From: Blepharisma stoltei ATCC 30299
Lineage: Eukaryota; Protista; Ciliophora
Direction of reading: 5' to 3'
Length of the DNA stretch: 64,000 bases
NCBI GenBank assembly: GCA_965603825.1
Contig: CBFDEM010000005.1
Span: 744,001-808,000 of the forward strand
Positions 36,165 to 47,122 of the stretch are shown here, in pieces. Numbering within the stretch: position 1 is the first letter of the stretch; every line of letters begins with the position of its first letter. The notes below the pieces were generated by a model. The model was given only the letters and a program-made list of their open reading frames with translations. It ran no database searches and had not been told where the DNA came from. The translations under genes and the position numbers were made by a program.

Positions 36165-38048
36165 CTATTTTGTCTTTAATGTTCCCAAAAAGCTTTGGAT
36201 AATTCCATAATCTGCCTCACTGACTCCTCGCACATACTTTTTAGTCGTAATAATGACCTCGCTGAAAATGATGCACTGAGGCTTCTTCCTTGTTTGGAAT
36301 AAAACTGACGTTGGATGGATATGAATGATTTCTCTGTCTTTAATTGTCCGATAATGTGTCCCATCAGCTGACAAAAATGCTGAATTCATATAGTAGCCTT
36401 TCGCAAGACATTTAAGAATATTCTCATTTGGCGCATGGACCAATGCAGGATTGTATTTTTTAAGGTACTGTCTGAGCTGTTTTCTTATCATGCTGGCTCT
36501 TTTTATCGAAATTCTATTCAGCCCATGTGTTTTGCATCAGGATTTTGTTTTATTTTTCCGCCATTCCTGATATATTTTTAAAAATGTCAAATGGTCGCCT
36601 TCACTGCATTTAAAAATCTGCATTGCGTTGGCTTCTTTTCTATTAAAATAGCACAAATTTTCGACACTTAATAAAGCGATAATAGTCAAAATATCTTTTG
36701 TGCACTGCAACTGTGGCTCAAGCGACGCAAGCAGAATTCTAGCAAGTACAGGCGGTACTGGCAGCTCAGCCATTTTTCTGCCAAGTAACGTAATCTTTTC
36801 TTCGCCATCTAAAGCGCCCAATCCTCTTAACTCTTGTGTAGCTTTTTCTATATAAATATCATCTGGCCTGTCCATAAATTTAAACAGTCTTGGGTCATGC
36901 CCAATAATTTTCAGCTGCAAAACCACATTTCCTAAATTGGACCTTGTGATTTCAGGCTTTGAATAGTCCTCAAACCCATTAAAGTCTTCTGATGTAAAAA
37001 GTCTGAAACAAATCCCTTCACTTTCTCTCCCAGCTCTTCCAGCCCTTTGTTTTGCAGCTGCTTTGCTGATTTTTACAATTTTCAAGCTTTCCATGCCTGT
37101 TCTTGGGTCATAATTTCTTTCTTTTACCACTCCAGAATCAATGACATATTTGACTCCTGGGATTGTCAAGGACGTTTCAGCTATATTGGTCGCTAGGATT
37201 ATTTTTCTTGTGTTTTCTGGGGCTGATTCAAAGGCTTTCATCTGTAGATGTGAAGGCAAAGCAGCATACATAGCGCAGACTGTAAAGTCCATGGAATTGG
37301 TAGGAAGAAGCTTTCTTTTTCGCAATAAAATGGCTTGCACGTCCTCAATTTCTTCTTGGCCAGTTAAAAATACTAAAATATCGCCAGCAGGATAGTCAAG
37401 GTGAACCTGGACTATCCCTATTACAGTCGCATCAATATGGTCTGGCTCAGGAACTGCTGCATTGAGAATTTTCACAGGGAAAGTCCTACCATGTACTTCG
37501 ATTATTTCTCGACTGGAAAAAAATTCTGCAAATCTCTGTGCTTCAATAGTGGCTGACATAATGATGACTTTTATATCATTTCTTTGTGTTATTAGTTCTC
37601 TAATAAGCCCTAATATAATATCAGTATTTGTGGTGCGCTCATGAGCTTCATCAATAATCAAAAACGAATAATTCCTCAAAATTGGGTCAATTAATGATTC
37701 TCTAATAAGCATCCCATCAGTCAAAAATTTTATTTTTGTATTTTCTGATGTTTTATTTTCAAAACGCACTGAATAGCCTATTAAAGAGCCTATTTCAGAC
37801 TGCCGCTCATAGGCTACTCGTTTGGCTACAGATATAGCTGCAATGCGGCGTGGCTGGGTAATTCCAATTAATTTGTCTGAGTTAAGGGAGGATTCAAGGA
37901 TATATTGAGCTACCTGAGTAGTTTTTCCTGAGCCAGTTTCACCAATTAGAATAGTCACTTGGCTCTTATTAATGGTTTCAAGGATCTTGTGCTTGTATTT
38001 GTAAATGGGGAGTGATTTTCTCTGCTTTTTGATGATTCCTTTGACCAT
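36165..38048 (-). CDS. DEAH-box RNA helicase (DHX33/Prp22-like core, no N-terminal extension)
   Basis: GETGSGKTTQ, TQPRRIAA, DEAH, SAT, TNIAETSLT and QRAGRAGR. The HA2/OB region continues through S-W(TGA 36537)-CKTHGLN to TAG 36165. Confidence 0.95.
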
Positions 38049-38175
38049 ATTATATCTTGATTCCCACAACTTTGTTTATGATTAAAAATAATCAAATATT
38101 GGATTTTTTAAAGTTTTTTAACATAAATTTAGGCAATTTTTAAACAAAATAAATCGAGCTGTATTAAGACTTTAT

Positions 38176-38418
38176 TTAATCTTGGTCGGAGCCTTCATTG
38201 CTTTCACTGAAATCAGAAGGCAATTCCTCTTCTTCAGATTCACTTTTTCTTTCTTTTTTCTTATTTAATTTGCTGACTTTTTCTTTTCCTTTTGGTTTTA
38301 TTTCTGAATACGTTGATGTGGTGGCACTTACTTTTTTAGCTGGTCTTTTTGCAAGCCTTTTATGTGGTGTTTTTGAAGCTTTGACAGGTTTTGAACCGCT
38401 TTGCTTAGTTCGTGCCAT
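38176..38418 (-). CDS. 80-aa protein with a histone-H3-like N-terminal tail and basic/acidic C-terminus, no histone fold
   Basis: Clean ATG-TAA ORF: MARTKQSGSKPVKASKTPHKRLAKRPAKKVSATTST... Confidence 0.7.
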   Translation of the reverse strand: MARTKQSGSKPVKASKTPHKRLAKRPAKKVSATTSTYSEIKPKGKEKVSKLNKKKERKSESEEEELPSDFSESNEGSDQD

Positions 38419-38613
38419 TAATATTTATAATTTGAGTCCCCCGATCTATTTATAGGGAATAGTTTGCTTTAGCGGTTTATAGCTAAAACCTCTATTGTTC
38501 CATTTTAATGTGAATATTTTCTTATACTATTTTTCTAATTAAGACACAGGAAAATGAGCCTACTTACTTTAAATGTCTGACTAAAATTAATAAAAATATA
38601 TTAAAATGTACCC

Positions 38614-39297
38614 TTACATATATAAAAATGAGGTCGGAGAATTCTGCGAGTTCTCTTCTGAATTTTCTTCATATTTAATCCCATTATCAAGCTCATACTC
38701 ATACGACCCCGGAGTATTCTCTCCTCCGCAGCTATCACTATACCCTCCTTCCCCCTCCCCAACTTCTCCTCCTTTTTCTTCCACAATTTCCCCTACAATT
38801 TCTTCAATATTCTCATTTTTTTTAGATTTTTTAAAAATACTTTTCCATCTATTTTTCACACTATTTTCTGTCCTCCCTTTGAGCTCTCTAGAAATCAAGC
38901 TCCAACGATTTCCAAACTTCTTTTGCAATGACAAAATCTTGATATCTTCTTCTAGCGACCATTCTCCTTTCTTTAAATTCGGATTCAAATGGTTATATCA
39001 ACGTTCCCTGCACTGTTTTCCAAGCCTAAATTCTTTGCCTCTATGTAATTTTTCATTTAAAGATAAAGCTATAGCTTTTCAGCGCTTTGGGCCTCTATTT
39101 TGTATAAGTTCTATAAGTACGTCGTCTTCTCTCTCAGTCCAAGGGTGCCTTATGTTATTATTTCCGTCATTTACGTAAGGCCTGCATAAGGGATAATATT
39201 TACGGAAAACTCGGTCTATTTTGCAAGGGACCATCCATAAGCCTTCGTCATCAAGCTCATAGGGCATATGCGAGCTTAGGTTTTCTTCTAATTCCAT
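38614..39297 (-). CDS. R2R3-type Myb transcription factor
   Basis: WTEREDDVLIELIQNRGPKR-W(TGA 39079)...GKQCRER-W(TGA 38998)-YNHLNPNLKKGEWSLEED...GNRWS...GRTENSVKNRW. Confidence 0.93.
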
Positions 39298-39325
39298 TAG
39301 GGAATTCTTATAATAAAATCGTATA

Positions 39326-40453
39326 ATGGAGGCTGAGATAGAGAGGCTTAAAGGGCTGGTGGAGGAGCTGAAACTGGAAAATGAGCAGCTTAAAAATAAA
39401 AGCCAAAGGCAAAAAATCCAAGAAATGAGCCAAGAAGTCCATGATGATAACCCTTATTCAAGACTTATGGCATTAAAAAGAATGGGAGTAGTAGAAAATT
39501 ATACAGAAATTAGGAATTTTACTGTTCTTATTGTAGGACTTGGAGGGATTGGCTCAGTTGCTGCAGAAATGCTTACTAGATGCGGTATTGGGAAATTAAT
39601 ATTATTTGATTATGACAAAGTAGAGCTCGCCAATATGAATCGGCTTTTTTTCCGCCCTGACCAAGCCGGCCTTAGCAAAGTTGAAGCTGCCAAACAGACT
39701 TTATTAGAAATAAACCCAGACGTCGAAATTGACGCATTTTCTTACAATATCTGTACCATGGACAACTATGACCATTTCATCCAACAAATTTCTACAGGCG
39801 GTAAGAATGGAGAAGCAGTAAATCTTGTATTGGCTTGTGTCGATAACTATGCAGCAAGGATTACAATGAATCGGGCATGCGGAGATTTAAACCAAGTCTG
39901 GATGGAGTCAGGGGTTTCTGAAGACGCTATGTCAGGGCATATCCAAACTATATACCCAGGAGAAACAGCTTGTTTTGAATGTGCGCCTCCTTATGTAGTA
40001 GCCTCTGGTGGCGATGAGCACGAAATCAAAAGAGAAGGCGTCTGCGCTGCTTCTTTGCCTACCACTATGGGAGTCGTTGCAGGCTTATTGATCCAGAACA
40101 CACTGAAATATTTGTTAAGATTCGGAAATGTCACTTATTATTTAGGATATTCCTCAAAAACTGACTATTTCCCGAACTATATGATGTCGCCTAACCCTGA
40201 ATGCCCTTTCCGAAGATGTGTAGAGATGCAGAAGGTTTATAATGAAAATCCAGAAAAAAAAAGGGTAAAACCAGAAAATACAGAGGCTGAAGAGCAGAAA
40301 ATTGAGCATGATGAAAATGAGTGGGGAATCACAATAGATGCAGGGGGAGAAGAAGAAAATAAACAGGAAGAAAATGTAGTTAAAGTAGAGAACAAGACAG
40401 AAAGCTTAGAAGATATGAGGAAAAGACTGAAAGAAATGCAGAAAAAGAGCTAA
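39326..40453 (+). CDS. UBA5: UFM1-activating enzyme
   Basis: [46 protein letters not shown] and [12 protein letters not shown]. Confidence 0.96.
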   Translation: MEAEIERLKGLVEELKLENEQLKNKSQRQKIQEMSQEVHDDNPYSRLMALKRMGVVENYTEIRNFTVLIVGLGGIGSVAAEMLTRCGIGKLILFDYDKVELANMNRLFFRPDQAGLSKVEAAKQTLLEINPDVEIDAFSYNICTMDNYDHFIQQISTGGKNGEAVNLVLACVDNYAARITMNRACGDLNQVWMESGVSEDAMSGHIQTIYPGETACFECAPPYVVASGGDEHEIKREGVCAASLPTTMGVVAGLLIQNTLKYLLRFGNVTYYLGYSSKTDYFPNYMMSPNPECPFRRCVEMQKVYNENPEKKRVKPENTEAEEQKIEHDENEWGITIDAGGEEENKQEENVVKVENKTESLEDMRKRLKEMQKKS

Positions 40454-40501
40454 TTTTAATTAAAATCACAATAACTATGAATTATTTATAAAAAACAAGA
40501 A

Positions 40502-42742
40502 ATGGAGCAGTACTCAAAACCGACACGGCTGATTCCTTTACAGTTATACTCCCCTTTTCAAAATACAACCCCATTTAGAAGACTTATTTCTAGGGACCAA
40601 GAAAGGCTTCGAGCCAGGTCATTTAAAAACCTCAATGTCCAATCCACCAAAAACCAAAATTGCCCAGAAAAGATAATGAGTTTTGCCAGGCTTTACAGTC
40701 AGCCAGCCCTTGTTTTTACCACCCTTCATGAACGACAAATACTAGGAAGAGTCCGGAAGCCGAAAAACCTGCCTCCATTGTCAAAAACTCAATATGACAG
40801 CCGATTTCCTAAAACAACTGAAGCCAATGAAATAGACAGGAGGGCGTTTTCGCTTGAATTGTCAAGAAATAGCAGCCAGTCTGATATAATAGATGCAAAA
40901 TGGGTAGGTCTAGAAACACATAAAAGCGAAAAAGTCATAGAATTTTTGCCTGATTCTGACCTGATTGAAGAAGCTGCAGAAAACCAGGAATCAGAGCTGA
41001 TAGTAGAAAAGCCAGAAAACCATGATTCTGTTATAAAAACTATCGAAAAAGCTGAAGAAAGCGGAAATTTTAATTTTATTGAAGACAAAGAGCTAGAAGA
41101 AGATTTCAAAGCATTAAAAATTAGCAATATTGAAACTGTTGAGCAAGATAACAAGTCAGAAGATTTCGAAATAAATGAAAATCAGGAAAAAGAGACTGAT
41201 AAAGGAGAAGAAATCGTCATACCCAAGCTGAATTTACAAATAGAGCATAATCGGCATGACGTAGAAGAAGCGACCAGTCCATTGTTAACCCCACTATCAT
41301 TGCCAAAAATTCAAATTATTGAAGAACATCAAGAAGCTAGGACAGTCGCAGAAAATTCTTCTCTGACTTTTGAAGCTCCTGGGGTGATTTTAAGGCTAAA
41401 TTCAATAATTATCACTGTAGAAGGGGTGGATTTTGAATTGAAAATTCCGCTTGCACTGTGCAAACATGTGATGTTTGGGACTGAGCTTGATATTATAGTT
41501 AATATCACGACCAGTGTTTTTATTGGGAATAATCAATTAACTTTTATGAAAAAAGAAAATTATTTAACAAATTATGCAGAAATTTCAGCCAATAATATGC
41601 AAATTATTTTTCAGCCAGATTTTCAAAGGTCATTTCTTCTGCTCAAACCAGGCGCTGTAAAAGGAAAAATGATAGGAAAAACTATTAAAAGGCTTGAATT
41701 AGCTGGACTTGTAATGAAAGCAAGCAAAATGATAAAGCCGAGCAAAAATATTGTGCAAGAGTTTTATAAGGATTTAAAAGATGCTGAAAATTACGAAAAA
41801 CTAGTAGAAGGGCTAGCAGAAGGCCCGGTCGTTGTGATGAGCTGGGAAGGGTCAAATGCGATTTTTGTATGTAGAAAAATAATTCAAGCTATAGAGGATA
41901 AACTGTCTCCAGATTCTCCACTAAGCGGCAGCTTTTATTCACCAGAAAATCAAAAAGATACAGAAAAACAGCTGAATCTATGGTTTTCCAATGAAGAGCG
42001 CAAAAACTGGGACTATCATAAAAATCCAAGAATAATAAAAACTGGACAAGCAAACCGCGCCTGGGCAATTAAGCTGCCAACGATAGAATATATAACAATA
42101 GGTGGCAGCATTATCCGTCCAATTCCTCTAGGAATCTTACGACAAATGATAGATTCCCATTTTGATAAATGGAACGAAAAATGGATGACTTATTTTAAGG
42201 CTCATGAAATAGAGGAAAAATCTCCAAGGGCAAAACGATCAGGGACAGACACAAGCTCGCTAAAAGCTAATACTGTTCATAATGAAAAAACAGTGATTTT
42301 ATCACTTAATGCGCCTGAAGTCGTCATGAGCAATCATGAGCTTGAAGCTAAATACTCATTCAAAATTGAAGACATTTCTTCACTTCTAGCCATAGTAGAC
42401 GAAAACGGCAAAGATTTCCTTGAAAATATCATGATAGGCTGCAAACTTTCGAGCTCAGAAATTCGGAAGAAAAAAGTTTGGAAATTAAAGCTTGCAATTG
42501 ATCCTTTAGAGTTCACAGGGACCAAAACCCATAAGCTTGAAGCACATGTAGCAGATATTGACATTGACGGAACCATCTATAATTGTGAATTTTACATGCC
42601 GAGCGTTGATGTATACGACCCAGAAACAAAACATCACAATCGAATTCGCTTAGATAGCGATACATGCCAAAAACTGGCATTAGAAAACTTCGATAATTGG
42701 GAAAAAACTTGTCTGGATTATTTTGAAAAAAATAACAATTAA
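40502..42742 (+). CDS. Large protein with an embedded, probably inactive NDP-kinase-like domain
   Basis: QRSFLLLKPGAV...GKTIKRLE..GL...FY.DL...GPVVVMSWEG.NAI...LNLWF is an NDK-fold pattern. The catalytic HGSD is replaced by YSPE. Confidence 0.8.
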   Translation: MEQYSKPTRLIPLQLYSPFQNTTPFRRLISRDQERLRARSFKNLNVQSTKNQNCPEKIMSFARLYSQPALVFTTLHERQILGRVRKPKNLPPLSKTQYDSRFPKTTEANEIDRRAFSLELSRNSSQSDIIDAKWVGLETHKSEKVIEFLPDSDLIEEAAENQESELIVEKPENHDSVIKTIEKAEESGNFNFIEDKELEEDFKALKISNIETVEQDNKSEDFEINENQEKETDKGEEIVIPKLNLQIEHNRHDVEEATSPLLTPLSLPKIQIIEEHQEARTVAENSSLTFEAPGVILRLNSIIITVEGVDFELKIPLALCKHVMFGTELDIIVNITTSVFIGNNQLTFMKKENYLTNYAEISANNMQIIFQPDFQRSFLLLKPGAVKGKMIGKTIKRLELAGLVMKASKMIKPSKNIVQEFYKDLKDAENYEKLVEGLAEGPVVVMSWEGSNAIFVCRKIIQAIEDKLSPDSPLSGSFYSPENQKDTEKQLNLWFSNEERKNWDYHKNPRIIKTGQANRAWAIKLPTIEYITIGGSIIRPIPLGILRQMIDSHFDKWNEKWMTYFKAHEIEEKSPRAKRSGTDTSSLKANTVHNEKTVILSLNAPEVVMSNHELEAKYSFKIEDISSLLAIVDENGKDFLENIMIGCKLSSSEIRKKKVWKLKLAIDPLEFTGTKTHKLEAHVADIDIDGTIYNCEFYMPSVDVYDPETKHHNRIRLDSDTCQKLALENFDNWEKTCLDYFEKNNN

Positions 42743-42783
42743 CCATTTTAGATAATAATTCAATAATTCAAATTCAAAATTAT

Positions 42784-43596
42784 ATGAATTCTGAAAACTC
42801 ATTTACAGCTGCTCTTCAAAAGCACAAAAAATTGAGCATTTCTCAGTTTGATCTTGCTTCTGATAGCAGCTCACAAACAGAAACAGAGTTTCCTTCATAC
42901 GAAGATGTTGAAGAATTCACTGATGATTCAAACAAAACTACATTAAAGTTACAAAGCATTATAGGGACTATTAAAAGCACTTTTGTTAAAATCGGAGTGT
43001 TTTATAAGACACCTGAAAGTTACGAAATGAATGAAATGATCAATAATCTTAATGACTTAGTAGAAATACTATGCAGTGAACTATCAATTAGAAATACCCT
43101 AAAACCAAATATAATCCAAGAATCAGAAATTTTTTATAAAGATGAAAACTTCACAGACAGATTTTCTGAGGCTGGAATCACAGTTTTTAAGAAAAAAGGC
43201 TCAGACCTCATAAGCAAAATTTTTAAAATGCCAGAGCCAGGGCTATTTCTAACACAAAATGACTGCAAAGATTTATCCTCAGTAATGATCGGAGCAATTC
43301 GTGACTCCGGCTCTAATGCCCTTCAAGCAGAAATACAAAGGCTTCAAGAAAAATTAATTTTTTATGGAAATGAGCTAAAAGAATGCAAAAAGCTCATCAG
43401 GATCAAAGAAGACGAAATTGACAGCTTAAAAAGCCAGCTTTACAATGAAAAAGAAAACGAAACGAGTAGGTACAAAACCAAGCGAAAAGCAAAAGAAATA
43501 CAAAAAGACTCCATGAATTTCTGATTTGGGAGAATTTCAATGAAGTCTCGAGGCTCACTGAGTACTCAAAGCAATTATTCTATAACTAATATGTAA
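42784..43596 (+). CDS. Hypothetical protein with C-terminal coiled coil
   Basis: The ORF extends through TGA 43522-43524 to TAA 43594-43596. Confidence 0.65.
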
Positions 43597-43604
43597 TAAT
43601 TAAA

Positions 43605-44063
43605 ATGGACTGGGGAAGCCATAAATATAGACATAAGCTGTGCTATTATTGGCTTGGCAGAGAAGAATTGACAGAAATTGAAAGGAAAAAGCTCAATACC
43701 AAGATGGTTTTGAATTATTGGGGTTACTATGGAAACGTAATACTGCATTTATCACTTGGGTATTGTTTATATAAAAAAGGATTTTTTAATGCTCAAAAAG
43801 AGTGGGAGTATTGGACTAAATTAGCAGGAACCTTCTTTTTTGGCTCATTTTCTATTTATAAAATAGATAAATTGATAAAGCAAGACTTGTCGATTTTTGT
43901 TGCAGATTTATTATACAGGTATAGAGCTGAAATCGATTTATTGAGAAGAGAAAAGCAGGAAAATCTTTCTGAGCTGAAAATAAATAAAATGATCGAGTTT
44001 AAAAAATTGGAAGACAAAGGAATTGATGTAAAAAGACTCGAGCAACTAAGCGAATCAAGATAG
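43605..44063 (+). CDS. Hypothetical small protein with two hydrophobic segments
   Basis: 152-aa ATG-TAG ORF. Confidence 0.65.
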   Translation: MDWGSHKYRHKLCYYWLGREELTEIERKKLNTKMVLNYWGYYGNVILHLSLGYCLYKKGFFNAQKEWEYWTKLAGTFFFGSFSIYKIDKLIKQDLSIFVADLLYRYRAEIDLLRREKQENLSELKINKMIEFKKLEDKGIDVKRLEQLSESR

Positions 44064-44262
44064 AAATTATTCTAAAGTTAATAGTAAAAACATTATAAAT
44101 TTTTGGCTGCTAGCATGAAACCAAGGCATTCTTAAGAAATTATATATAAATTAACTAGTCCTTTTTATATGAATCACCATCTATACTCTTCACTAGTAAG
44201 CATTTTCATAATTTGCTATTTAATATGCTGCATTTTCTTTAAAAATTATTACTAATTAATTC

Positions 44263-45588
44263 ATGTCAATTAGCAAGGCTCACAATCAATTCGAGCTCAA
44301 ATCTGAGCTCGACGAAATAACAGGCTCTCGGCGATCCGTTGCAGAAAGCCGAAAAGAATCCCGCCCAGCTTCAAGTACGAACAAAAAACGCCGAAAAGTC
44401 CAAACAGTTAACACAATTGACCTTGAAAACAAATTGCTTGAGCTTCAAGAGCAGCTGGAAGACGAAAAAAGCCGCAGCAAAGATCTTCAAGCAAAAATAA
44501 CTGAAAGGCAAGAACGTTATGTAAAAAGAGAACAAGAGTATAGGAGAACCATTGCTGATTATGAAACCAAGCTAAGACAAGGAGCTGGTGAAAAGCCGCT
44601 GCAGTTATTAGAAACGACTGGGAGAACACTTGAAAAAATCAATAATTACCAAGGGCAGATTTTAAATAAAATTGGGACTATACAGCTCAAGACTACTCAT
44701 TTATTGCAAGACCAAGAAAAAGAAATCGTCAGAGATTTTAATGTGATGCTAAATAATAAAACTAAAGAACTTGAAGAAGAAAAACGAAAAAAAGTCCTTG
44801 GAATTGGGTCTTATTCTCAGAAAGAATCAAGGTTGATGGAAGAACTAGATATGAGGAAAGCTTCAGTTGAAATCATAGAAAACAAAAATAAACTTTTACA
44901 TAAAAAGAATTCTGAACTAAAAATAGAATTCAAAGCTCACGAAAACGACCAATTTTTGTTAGAAAAAGAACTCAATGAAGCCCGAGAAAAAAACAAAAAA
45001 TTAAAAAACGAGCTCTCAAAAGCGAGAGAAAATTCTATATCAGTCCCACAAGAAATGCAAGCCCAAACCGCAGGTTTTGATACAGACTACAGATCAGAAG
45101 AGCGGCTTAAATACAGTCCAAGCCGCGCTTCTGATATTGACTTGCCAAACCGTTACGAAAGTATCATCCAAAAGCTCAAAAGAATGCTAGAACTAGAAAG
45201 AAAAAATTTGCGGGCAGCCCGAACTGCATACGCAAGAGAACTTGAAAGCAAAAGGGAGCTAGAAACACTCATAAGGCAATGTGTAGATGACGTGAAAAGC
45301 CACATCACCAAAAAAAGGGCAGAACAAAGAATTAAAGGCCCAGATAGCTCTCCTGATGATATAGAAAAAGTAATAGAAGTTTTGCTGTCACAAGAAAGGG
45401 TGCTAACTTTATTGTATGATAAAACATTCCCTCCGAGGTCTGTAGCAAAGGAGCCTTATTATTCAGATTTAGACTCAAAAAATATGATGGAAAGTATTGA
45501 CCATAATATTGAATCTATACAGCAAATTTATACAAAACATGAGGAAGAAATACATGACACGACGGAGAGGGCAAAAATGGAATTTTAA
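44263..45588 (+). CDS. Coiled-coil protein, function unknown
   Basis: 441-aa ORF with extensive heptad periodicity. Confidence 0.8.
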   Translation: MSISKAHNQFELKSELDEITGSRRSVAESRKESRPASSTNKKRRKVQTVNTIDLENKLLELQEQLEDEKSRSKDLQAKITERQERYVKREQEYRRTIADYETKLRQGAGEKPLQLLETTGRTLEKINNYQGQILNKIGTIQLKTTHLLQDQEKEIVRDFNVMLNNKTKELEEEKRKKVLGIGSYSQKESRLMEELDMRKASVEIIENKNKLLHKKNSELKIEFKAHENDQFLLEKELNEAREKNKKLKNELSKARENSISVPQEMQAQTAGFDTDYRSEERLKYSPSRASDIDLPNRYESIIQKLKRMLELERKNLRAARTAYARELESKRELETLIRQCVDDVKSHITKKRAEQRIKGPDSSPDDIEKVIEVLLSQERVLTLLYDKTFPPRSVAKEPYYSDLDSKNMMESIDHNIESIQQIYTKHEEEIHDTTERAKMEF

Positions 45589-45850
45589 AGAAATTTTTTA
45601 ATGATTTATTTTATGCTAATTCTGGTGATATTAAAATATAATGGTAAGAAATTGATAGGGAACTAGCCTTTTTTAGAGGATTAGGCTACTGAAAATGAGG
45701 TTTATTAGGATAAATCTTAGAGATTAGCTATTTATATATAATGGGAAACTTATATTTAAGCATAAGAAAATTTATTATTTAAATTTAAATAATTAACTGA
45801 TATAATTTATAATTATATGCTTTAATTAAAATCATTGGCCTTATAGTGTA

Positions 45851-47065
45851 ATGGATCCATCTAAATATTATCCTGCCCATATCAAATCCTTAATCAAAGA
45901 TCTTCAAAACTGCTCTGACCCATCTGAAATTCTTAAAAATTACATCTCTCATCTCTCCTCTGACACATCTCTCTTCTATATATTTCTTAATCTTGGCTAT
46001 ATGCCTCACCAAGGCACTTTTAATAAGTCGATAACCGCAAATGACGTGCTTTCTCAAGTATCATCAGAGTACCAAGACCCAATTCAGAATGAGCTTGAAT
46101 CAATTACCCCTAAAAGCAACCAATATTCGCCAACATCCTGGGAGATTTCTCGAGGAGTTAAAGATGAATTTTTAAAAACATTTTATGAAAACCGCATTTA
46201 TGATATATCAGAACCTTGCGAATTAGGACTAGGAAATTATGATGCAAGAGAAACCCTAGACTTTGAAGATAACTCATTAAGTTCTATGTGGGCAAGTAAC
46301 ACTTGTATGACTCCAGTTTCAACTTATAAGCCTATCATGATGTATACACCTGATTCTCCACAACTTATTTGCTCTGAACAAAGCACGCCAAGGCTGAATA
46401 AAGGTCTTCGTATGTTAAGTGTCAGAGTAAAAGATATCATTTCTCGCAATGGTTTTGGATCATATAAAGAAGTTGCTGATGAGCTAATGAATGAGCTTGG
46501 CGGACGAGAAGGGTTTAACATAAAACGTGACGAGAAAAATATTTTGCGAAGAGTTTATGATGCTCTTAATGTTTTGATAGCTTCAGGAATATTAACTAAA
46601 GAAGGGAAAAGATACTATTGAAAAGGTCTAAATAGGAATATAATTTCTGATGAAAATATTAATATAAAAGACTGTGTGGACAAAACGAAAAAGAAAGTGC
46701 AAGCTAAAAAAGAAGCATTAAAAGAGCTATCAAATAGATATTATTCTATAAAAGCTTTAATAAACCGAAACAAAAAAATGCTTAAGAGCGGCAATATAAT
46801 TCCATTCCCTTTTATTATTGTAGGGATAGAAAAAGAAAAGCTTAGAAATGTAAAGCTTATATAGATTCAAATTGAGAGCAATAATGATAATACAGAAGTA
46901 ATACTCAGGTCTCAAAAACAATATAACTATTTTGGAGACTCTGATATTCTAATTAAACTAAAGTTCCAAGAGCTTGCCTTGCAGAACTCTGATATCCCAG
47001 ATGAAGTTTGCAATCTTTTAGGCTTGAAAAAGCCAATGAAATTTGTGAAGAAAATAATTTTGTAA
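45851..47065 (+). CDS. DP-family (E2F dimerisation partner) transcription factor; one 15-nt intron
   Basis: KGLRMLS...SYKEVADEL...DEKNILRRVYDALNVL...YY-W(TGA 46619)-KGL, then the DP dimerisation region (LINRN, IPFPFIIV). Intron 46850-46864. TAA at 47063-47065. Confidence 0.92.
46850..46864 (+). other. 15-nt intron GTAAAGCTTATATAG
   Basis: Removes an in-frame TAG and restores the C-terminal half of the DP domain. Confidence 0.88.
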
Positions 47066-47122
47066 TTAACGATAGTGCACGAAAGAATTTGATCTAATCT
47101 TAAAATATGCATATTTAATATA

